Below are positions 1-9,588 of a DNA stretch of 64,000 bases, in pieces. The DNA is from Eledone cirrhosa. Taxonomy: Eukaryota. Under the pieces are notes generated by a model. It made no database searches, was not told the origin of the DNA, and saw nothing but the letters and a program-made list of their open reading frames with translations. A program made the translations under genes and the position numbers. Position 1 is the first letter of the stretch; the number at the start of each line of letters is the position of its first letter. The stretch lies in assembly GCA_964016885.1 (NCBI GenBank), contig OZ024741.1, positions 149,916,001 through 149,980,000 of the forward strand, read 5' to 3'.

Positions 1-428
1 CATATATATATATATTTATATGTAAACACAAACACAAACACACACACACACATATATATATATTTATATGTAAACACAAACACACACACATACATATATA
101 TATATATTTATATGTAAACACAAACACACACATACATATATATATATATTTATATGTAAACACAAACACACACACACATATATATTTATATGTAAACACA
201 AACACACACACACACACATATATATATATTTATATGTAAACACAAACACACACACATACATATATATATATATTTATATGTAAACACAAACACACACATA
301 TATATATATATATTTATATGTAAACACAAACACACACACATATATATATATATATTTATATGTAAACACAAACACACACACACATATATATATATATATA
401 TTTATATGTAAACACAAACACACACATA
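1..428. repeat. Compound minisatellite, unit about TATTTATATGTAAACACAAAC(AC)n(AT)n
   Basis: About ten tandem ~40-bp units with a fixed core TTTATATGTAAACACAAAC and variable (CA)/(TA) arms. Confidence 0.9.
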
Positions 429-532
429 TAATGACAAAAGTATCTAAAAAATACAAGAGGGGTGCTGTAAGTGTAAAATGAAACGCTTATTGTAAATTTA
501 TATAGGAATATTAGGAGGCTTATATAAATAAC

Positions 533-546
533 AACTACTACTACTG

Positions 547-597
<51 letters not shown>

Positions 598-610
598 TTA
601 CTACTACTAT
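533..610. repeat. (CTA)n microsatellite
   Basis: Read directly from the sequence. Confidence 0.95.
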
Positions 611-691
611 AACAATAAATGAATACCAATCAATAGATCAATAATTGTTTCTACTTTTGGCACAATAGATCAATAATTGTTTCTACTTTTA

Positions 692-882
692 GGGCGGTGG
701 ATTGGCAGTATCGGTAGAAGGTCGGACACCATGCTTTGACGCATAGAGTTACGGCCCTTGCCATTCTGAGTTCAAATCCCACCGAGGTTAACTTTGCCTT
801 TCATCCTTACGGGGTCGATAAATAAAGTACCAGTAATGCACTGGGTAATTGCTGGCCTTGTGCCAAAAGTAGAAACAATTAT
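692..882 (+). mobile_element. tRNA-derived SINE with Deu/Nin-like central domain
   Basis: A-box-like TGGCAGTATCGG, B-box GAGTTCAAATCC, core GCCTTTCATCCTTACGGGGTCGATAAA..AGTACCAG, tail TGTGCCAAAAGTAGAAACAATTAT; at least seven copies in the window. Confidence 0.85.
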
Positions 883-1016
883 TTATTTATGTTCATACAC
901 GGAACAAAAGCGCTACCTAAGGTTTCAAGGCCCAATAGTGACCATATCTCCAGATTGTTAGAGGGATCAAAATTGTGACCTATATTTAGGCGCTTATATA
1001 TATATATATATATATC

Positions 1017-1137
1017 TAATATAGAAATGGCTTCTACAGGGCTAGAACTGTTTCATTCGAAGGAAATCATCAGGGCTTTCCTGATGATTTCCTTCGAATA
1101 AAACAGTTCTAGTCCTGTAGAAGCCATGTCTATATTA
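1017..1137. repeat. Inverted repeat (~55-bp arms) containing a hammerhead-like CTGATGA..GAAA core
   Basis: ATGGCTTCTACAGGGCTAGAACTGTTTCATTCGAAGGAAATCATCAGG is mirrored by CCTGATGATTTCCTTCGAATAAAACAGTTCTAGTCCTGTAGAAGCCAT. Confidence 0.85.
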
Positions 1138-1208
1138 AATATTTATACCCTGCTTTGTATTGAGTACCTTACTTACTGTAGTTACCCCCAATTGAACCCG
1201 GGATACAC

Positions 1209-1256
<48 letters not shown>
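1209..1256. repeat. (TATC)n microsatellite, left end of the retrotransposon array
   Basis: Read directly from the sequence. Confidence 0.95.
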
Positions 1257-1480
1257 CTCTTTCTGTCTGACGCGTGGAACATCGCCGGTAAGCTTTTTTG
1301 TTAATTTCTATACAAAAAACCGAACTAATTGTTTGAAAAACCATAACATTTTGTAGATTAACCCCCAGGCTGAATTGTCAGCTGGGTGGCAATCTTATTT
1401 TTCGCCCCCAAAGGGGAGAAAATTTAATTTGAAATTAATTTGAAAACTGTTTAAAATTTTTGAATATTTTGCCATCAGCT

Positions 1481-1712
1481 ATGGCAAGCGTTCAAGGAAC
1501 GCTAGCGAACGTTGAAGAAGGAAAAAGAAAAGAAATAGACTTTAACGTTGCTAAAATTCTGCCTGTATCGAGGTAGTTAACAACAGAGCTTTGTGTAACG
1601 AAAGTGAAGTAGACAACACAAACAAAATTGAATCGCACAGTGAACCACACAGTATACAACACACTAAAATCAACAGAAAAAACAATTGACACAACTACAA
1701 ACGGAAAACTCG

Positions 1713-1770
<58 letters not shown>

Positions 1771-3541
1771 AATAACTTATACAGAAACAGTCACAAATCA
1801 TAATAATAACGTTACTTCTAACTCCGCATGTATTGGCGTCACCATGGAAACCAATATGAACAACAAGAATAAAAACAAGATCGAACTACACACAGTACAA
1901 CAGACGGAAAAAACAACAGAAAATAAAACCATTGACACAACTACAAACGGAAAACCCGACAACCACAACAACAATAACAATAACAACAACAACAACAACA
2001 CCAAAAAAAACTTTTGTGCAAACAGTCACCAAGACACAAGATTTCACGGATCTCGATATCTCCAATGCGAAACAGATGCTCTCTGAAGCAAAGGAGTTTC
2101 TGACTTTCGGTGAAAATGGGGGATTTCAGATAAACTCACCCCCAGAAATTCGTCTGGAAACATTTCGAAGGATAATTACCTTCAGAATTGTTTCAAATGA
2201 AACAAAAAAACCAGCATTCCTCAGTCAAGGGGAAATTGAGGCAACCTTAATAAAGATATTGCCAGACATTGACTTTATGCAGAGGGCGAAACAGTACGGG
2301 AGTATTTCGGTACTCCTCAAAAGCGAGGCCCTTGCACAAAGATACTCAGTGACGCCAATACTGTCACAAAAATACACCTTTTTCCCTACATACCTGGGAA
2401 AAAGGACACAAAAAATTAGAGTTTCAAACATACCACCAAATATTAATATTTGGTGGATATTGGCAGGATTTTTAGAGGAGAGAAAAGACACTATTCCCTC
2501 CATAAAAAAGTCCATCAGACACACCTGGTCTGGTACAAATTTGGAGATTCTGGTGCAAATGAGCCCGGAAAGAATCTCCAAAATACTAGAAAAAGTGATG
2601 GTGGACAACAACAGCCACATAAACATTGTAGTTGAGGGACGAAAACCACATTGTTTTCGTTGCAATAACACCACACACCTAAAGGCCTCCTGCCCTTTAC
2701 AAACACGCTCAACCAAAATAATACAAAAGAAAACACTGTTACCAACACCAACACCAAAGCAACCACCACAAGTACAACGACTGACGAAACGGGCAACCAC
2801 ACCAAAACAAACAGACACTCAACAACAACAGAAAAAAACAGAAACAACACCCTGAAGAACACAGCCCCACTCCATCCCACTCCATCAAACACTCCCACAA
2901 ACACACACACCGAAACACCACCACCACACAACATACCCCTACCCCACACACCTGACGATGATTATTCATCGACGGATGAAGCTGCTTCTCCTTCTTTAAG
3001 TGAAGAAGAGGGAGAGCCGCGGAAATCTAAAAAACAAAAAAAGAGACACCACAAAACCCCCAAAACTCCAAACACCAACACACACCCACAGACACAAACA
3101 AAAACACAAACAACACCATAGTCAAACATCCCCCTACCAGCAAAACCAACACCAACACCACCCCAAACACAAGCACCCACCATAAAAAGAAAACTCCCGG
3201 ACGAACAACAAACTAAAACAACACAACAAAAACATAAACAACAATACGCTTACATCAACACAAATAACAAGAGTTTGATGGAGGTCATCTCCCAAAACCC
3301 CAAGGTGGAGACGGAGGGGAAAACTTTCGTCAAAGCAGAATCGTCTCAACACCTTAAACTTATAAGGGTTTCTATGGAAACCTATAATGACCTAAAAAAT
3401 AAATTTTCACAGGACGTGGGCAACCCCTGCCACAAACCCATCAACCGCGTCCTGTTAAAATGTTTCCCCACCCCACCCAACACCCCATCCAGCACCTAAA
3501 TGGAGATTGAACAACCCGATCTCCAGGAAACGAAAAGGTAA
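1481..3541 (+). pseudogene. Copy 1 ORF1 (gag-like, CCHC zinc knuckle), disrupted
   Basis: CFRCNNTTHLKASC in ORF 1932-2855; Asn- and Pro/Thr-rich linkers; C-terminal block DVGNPCHKPINRVLLK; ends MEIEQPDLQETKR*; several stops and frameshifts. Confidence 0.8.
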
Positions 3542-3582
3542 GTGCACCTTTCGTCCTTTTTCTCCAACTCTTCTTCACCAAC

Positions 3583-6500
3583 ATGGCTAGTTTACGAGTT
3601 GGAACCGTGAATGTGCGTGGTCTAGGGATGCCCTCGAAACAGGGCCAACTTTTAAACGACCTTAGGTCACACAGTATGGATGTGATAGCCATCACCGAGT
3701 CCAGGATCCACAACAGGCAGCAACTACCCCCTACCTTCGGCGACTGTGAGATCTACGCATATCTCTGTCAGCCAGGAGGTGGAGGTGGAGTGACTGTCAT
3801 GTTTCGGAAGAACCTGGACGTCGGAGTACAGCAAGTATACTTGGACCCGGAGGGTAGACTGGTAGTCCTAGACGTGAACAGTATCGGAGGTGGAGCCTTC
3901 AGACTGGTGGCCGTTTATGCCCCGACCAGGCAATCACAATCACGGCCAGACTTCTTTAAGCGTCTAGAGTCTTTTCTGGGAACGTCTCGCTCCTTACTTT
4001 TAGTGGGGGACTGGAATGGTATCCTAGATGCACGATCGGAATACGTGGGAGCATGTCCCAGTAGAGCGGGGTGCAACAGCCTCAAAACTTTAATCGGCCA
4101 ATTCCAACTGGCCGATAGGTATCGACTGGATTTCCCGACTGCACCACAGTGGACGTGGGCAAACCGCAGTGGGACATCTAGATCGTATTTAGATAGGTTC
4201 TTCATTAGAGAAAGGGACAAGGAGATGTTAAGCTATCCACGAATGCACATGGTTGCCTATTCAGATCACAAGTTAGTCGTCTGCTTAGTCAACCGTGATA
4301 GAATACATAGACAGGGTCCCGGATACTGAAAGCTGAATGTATCGTTGTCGGCACGTAAAGCTTACAGTGAACGGATAAGTAGACTAGTCAAGCAACAGTT
4401 AACGGGAGCCATCGTCAACAATAGATGGTGGTAGTCTCTCAAGAAAGCAATTAGAATAGAATCGATAGGGTATAGCAGAGAGTTAGCCTTAGAGAAAAAC
4501 AGAATAGAAAGAGAACTAGTAGCCAAGGTAGAGGAGGCACTTAGTGGCAACGCGGCTAGAGTGTTAGCGTCGAGAACGGCACTGGACCAGTTCTTCGATG
4601 CGAAACACGAAGGCAGCGTGGTCAGAAGCAAAACACGTGCTCTAGGAAACGAAGGAGCGAAAGCTGTCAGCTGGGCCCGAGTGGCGGAGGCAACAAGTGG
4701 CAACAAGTCCACGATTCGGTCTTTGAAAGACCAAAACGGACGCGTGCTACTTGACCCCAAGCAAATGTGCGCAGCCTTTCAGCGGCACTTTGCGCGACTG
4801 TTTGAGCAGAACGACGGTGAGCCGAACGGGGCAATGGATTTTAGTTCATACCTCGACGGCCTGCCGCGTCTCTCGAACACGGACGCCGAGTTCTGCGAAA
4901 GACCGATTACAGACACTGAGATACGGGACGCTCTGGGCCGCTGCGGGAAACGCAAGTCACCCGGTCTAGATGGTCTACCCTACGAATTTTACATAGGCAT
5001 GCCGGACTTGTTCTCTGGCGTCCTCGAAGCTGTCTACTGCAATTGGCAGCAGAACGGGAGAATTCCCAGTTCTGCAGGCAAGGGCGTAGTAACGCTGATC
5101 AGGAAAGACAAGAACAAGGGGGACGAAATTAACAACTTCAGGCCCATAACTTTGCTCAACACAGAGTTAAAGATTTTGGCCAAGGTGCTAGCGACGAGGT
5201 TGGCGCTTGTCGTCGAGAACCTGGTAGGGAAAGCGCAAACGTGTGAAATCCCGACCAGGTCCATACACGGCAACCTCCACCTCATGCGATACATCATAGA
5301 GAGGGTGGGTAGTAAACTCGGCTTCGGTGGGGCTCTGATCAACTTGGATAAGTCTAAGGCATTCGATAGGGTCGACCATCGAGACTTGGAAGCGGTTCTC
5401 AAGACGGCCGGTTTCGGGCCCGTGTTCAGAGGATGGATCGAGGCGATGCACACCAGCATCTGCTCGAGGGTCAAGGTGAACGGCTACCTATCGGAGCCGT
5501 TCGCAATCACGCGTTCCATACGACAGGGGTAGCCTCTCTCCTCCATTCTGTATGTATTGACTCTAGAGCCACTACTGCAGAAATTGGAGCTGTTGCAGGG
5601 CATCCCTCTGTCATCTACTACCGCTTGACTGTCGCGCCTTGTCCCCGTGAACACCTCGCCAAGATGGAATGCATGCTCTTCCAATTTCTGTGGAAGAAGC
5701 AGGCTCCGCTGGTGAGGAGATCCGTCTGCTGCCAGCACCCTTTCAACGGAGGGCTGGGAATGCCGTGGCTGATGATGCGCAAACATGCGCTGAGGCTGCG
5801 GCAACTCCAGGTATTCCTCACCGACCCACAACCGGTGTGGGCACCGTTTGTGAGACAGGCTTTCCCACAGCTCGTCTCGCTGACGGAGCTGCAGTACTGG
5901 GTGAAGAAAAGACTGAAAACGATGGGCGCCTGGCACATTGAATGCGCTCAGGCGCTCACAGTCCTCTGGCAAGCGGGCGCAGCAATCAGTGGAGACTCCA
6001 CTTTGACATTCTATAGAGGGATTGTACGTTACAAGGGAGACGACGTTCTCGGAGAGACTCTGGGCGTCGAAGACGATGATCTCACCAGTCTGTTTGGTAG
6101 GACTTTCCGCCCGGGACCTATGGACAACTTCCAGAGGTCCCTGGTCTGGTAGTGCTACCGAGGAGCTCTACCGGTTCGTGACAAGATCTACAGGCACGGA
6201 CGCCCCGACAGGGATCCTTCCAAGAGGACGTGTGCAAGATGCGCGCAGGACATTGAAACAGTCCTGCACGCAATTGTACACTGCCCGGGCGTAACCGACC
6301 TGTGGAACTATGTGGAACAACTGCTGTCGCGTATGGGACAAATCCAGTTGACTGCCGAGTCCATAGTAAGGATCAAACCGCCAGACTCTTTCAAAAAACG
6401 AAAGAGAGGCGGTTTTTCTATGTACGGTGGCTATGGTGAAAGAAGTTATATGGTGGACGAGATTGAGAGGACTGAGGACAGATGCCTTTCTTTCCGGACA

Positions 6501-6648
6501 ACAATTGATTCCCTTCTTTAAGTATCACTTTAGAAGGAGAATCAGGGTGGAGAGAGAGGCACTGCACCCCAGTACATTTACTGAAAGGTGGGTGAATGAA
6601 GCGAAAATGGCCCGAGTGATTGGGCCTTCTCTGTTTATAAGCCTGTAG
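3583..6648 (+). pseudogene. Copy 1 ORF2: APE endonuclease - reverse transcriptase - C-terminal zinc finger, disrupted
   Basis: NVRG, GDWN, YLDR, SDH (APE); PGLDG, FRPITLLN, DKSKAFD, IRQG (RT); in-frame stops; deletion at ~5610 removes the YADD region. Confidence 0.92.
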
Positions 6649-7139
6649 GTTGAGGAAGAGAACAAAAGGAAGAAAGGAGCACTTGCACAACACGCTCCTG
6701 GAGTTGAGGGTTGTTCTATCGACGGGGTATTAAACAACCCATTTGTGGCGCTTCCCCCCTACTGGGGATTTCGATTGTTGTAATTGTTTGTTTTTATATT
6801 TTTTACACGACTGTATGTAAAATCTCCGGCATGTCTTTGTATTGTCCCCTTTTCTTGTGCGCCCTTGTGGCTAATAAAGAAATATATTTATCTATCTATC
6901 TATCCATCTATCTGTTTTACTTGAGACGTGTTCCAGTTCGCTGGTAAGTTTTTGTTGATTTTCTAAGTAAGAAATCAAAAATTTATTGTTAAATTTATTA
7001 CTATTTTATAGCTTGACCCCACGTCTGGACTTTCAGACGGTGGGTCAAGTCATCTTCACCCCTCCCTGGGGTGAAATTTTCGTTTGAAAAAAAAATTTCG
7101 CCGGTGAAAAAAAAGTGTAAACAGACCTTGCATTCAGTC

Positions 7140-9032
7140 ATGAACGCTGCGTTCATAACTAGAAGTGATGGAGAGGCGGTAAGAGTGTTAAGCTCGCAGT
7201 CACCTCCTCTCTCCACCTCATTGAAAGACATCGAAAATGTCGTCAGTTTTGAAAACACGATGTCGGACGTTGATTGTAACATCAACACTAACACAAACAC
7301 CAATAACATGCAAAATATAAACAACACCAACCAGAACAACAACAACAACAATAATGACAACAAGAACAACAACAGCAACAATGATAACAACAACACCACC
7401 AACAACAACAGCAACAATGATAACAACAACACCACCAACAACAGCAGCAACAATGATATACAACAACACCAGCAACAATAACAACAACACGAACAACTCC
7501 AAGAACAAGGAAAAGATTTCCTTTGCTCAAACCGTCCAAAAGAAGGAACTGTTCACATACCTTGACATTTCCAATGCTAGGGAAATGTTAAGCGATGCAA
7601 AACAGTATGTAACTTTTGGTGAGAGTGGTGCTTTCAGTATCACTTCTCAACAGTTACGCAGAGAAACTTTTCTAAAAACAGTAATTTTTAGGACTGTTTC
7701 AAATGTGTCGAAAAAACCAGTTCAATTATCCCAAAACGATATTGAACTGGTTCTGAAGAACTCCATGAAGGATATTGCCTTCATCCAAAAAGGGAAACTT
7801 TTTGGAAGCATTTCAGTGTTGTTGAAAGACCAATTGACGGCACAAAAATATTCTGTATCGCCTATTTTCTCCCCCCTTTACACTTTTCCTCCACATATAT
7901 GGGAAAAAGAACACAAAAAATAAAAATTTTGAACATTGCACCAAATGTGAACGTCTGATGGATTCTAACTGGCTTCATCGATTTCGACGAAGACACCATC
8001 ATTTCGGTGGGAAAGTCCTCCAGAGGCATATTCAATGGTACAAGCATGGAAGTTCTGGTCCAAATGAGGCCAGAACGGATAACTAAAATACCCCAACGTG
8101 TGCCTCTGGATGGAATTTTATGTTACCACTGTTTAAGCAGTGGTCATCTGAAGGCTTACTGTCCTCAGTTAACTAAAAAAAAGAAGCACTACTGCCAACA
8201 CCCAAAACAACAACACAACCACCACCACCAACACCACCACCACCACCACAACAACAACAACAACACGCAAACACAACCAAAACAAGAACAACAAACCAAC
8301 CTGCAAGCACAGTCCCACCCAGCACCACTCCACCTAAAACCACTGCAAAAACACCCACAAACACAACAGCTCCCCAAAACATACCCCTTCCAAATAACAC
8401 AGATACCACAACGGACGAGGCCCCCACATCATCACCAAGTGACGATGAGGGAGAGCCTCTCCGTTCGAAAAGAAAGAAGAAAAGACACCACAAGAACAAA
8501 AAAACAACAAACATCACTACAAACATACAACCACCAACACAAACAACACAAACATTACAAACAAAAACCCCCCGTCCCGAAAACAAAACCATGACATCAC
8601 TCCAAACACAAACACCTACAACAAAACGAAAGCTCCCACAAGAACAATAGACAAAAACCACCGCAACACAACAAGAACATTACACATACATAAACAGTAA
8701 AAACAAAACTTTAATGGAGGTCATAACCAACGACCGTTCGGTGAAAACCGAAGGGAGAACTTTTTTGAACTGTGTAGACAAACCTAATTTAAAGATGATT
8801 AGGGTCCTTACGGACACCTATAAGTCTTTAAAGGAAAACTTTCCTAAGGACGTGGGTAATCCTTGTGTTAAACCCATTAACCGCGTCCTTTTAAAAATTT
8901 TCCCCACCCTCACCCCAGACACCCCACCCCACCAAACATCTCCGTCCCCACCCCGCCGGAAACCACCCAGACAACCCCTCTAACACCCCCATGGAAACCG
9001 TGCGGCCTGATCCCCGGGAGACGAAGAGGTGA
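7140..9032 (+). pseudogene. Copy 2 ORF1, disrupted
   Basis: Homologous to copy 1 ORF1 (LDISNAREMLSDAK; CYHCLSSGHLKAYC knuckle; DVGNPCVKPINRVLLK); ends METVRPDPRETKR*. Confidence 0.8.
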
Positions 9033-9066
9033 GTGTTTTCTTCTCTTTTAACTTTTCAGAACCAAC

Positions 9067-9536
9067 ACGGCCAATATAAGAGTTGGATGTGTGAATGTAC
9101 GCGGCCTGGGGATGCCCTGAAAACAGGGCAAACTCTTAAACGACCTCAGGTCGCACAGTATGGATGTAGTAGCTATTTGCGAGTCCAGGATCCACAGCGA
9201 GCGACAGCTGGCCCCCCATCTTCGATGACTTTGAGATTTACGCATCTCTCTGTCGGCCGGGGGGTGGGGGCGGGGTTGCCGTTTTGCTGCGGAAACACCT
9301 TGGCCTCTTAACACAGACGGTACATCTGGACCCGGAGGGTCGACTGGTGGTCCTAGACGTTGACGGTAGTGAAGGTGGAGCCTTCAGGCTGGTGGCCCCA
9401 TCCGGGACACCGCGGCCAGACTTCTTCAAACGTCTAGAGACTTTTCTGGGAACGTCGCTTTCCTTGCTTTTAGTGGGGGACTGGAATGGATTCCTAGATG
9501 CACGTTGGGACTATGTGGGAGCATGTCCCGATAAAG

Positions 9537-9588
<52 letters not shown>

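Larger units (their letters stand above)
1257..6888 (+). mobile_element. Tx1/L1-clade non-LTR retrotransposon copy 1 (full length, decayed)
   Basis: 5'UTR, ORF1, ORF2, 3'UTR with AATAAA at 6873; flanked by (TATC)n on both sides. Confidence 0.92.

Noticed and set aside
1-428. CRISPR-like repeat-spacer pattern
   Set aside because: The spacers are only CA/TA microsatellite; eukaryotic context and no cas genes.
692-790. tRNA gene
   Set aside because: A and B boxes belong to a multi-copy SINE head; no cloverleaf.
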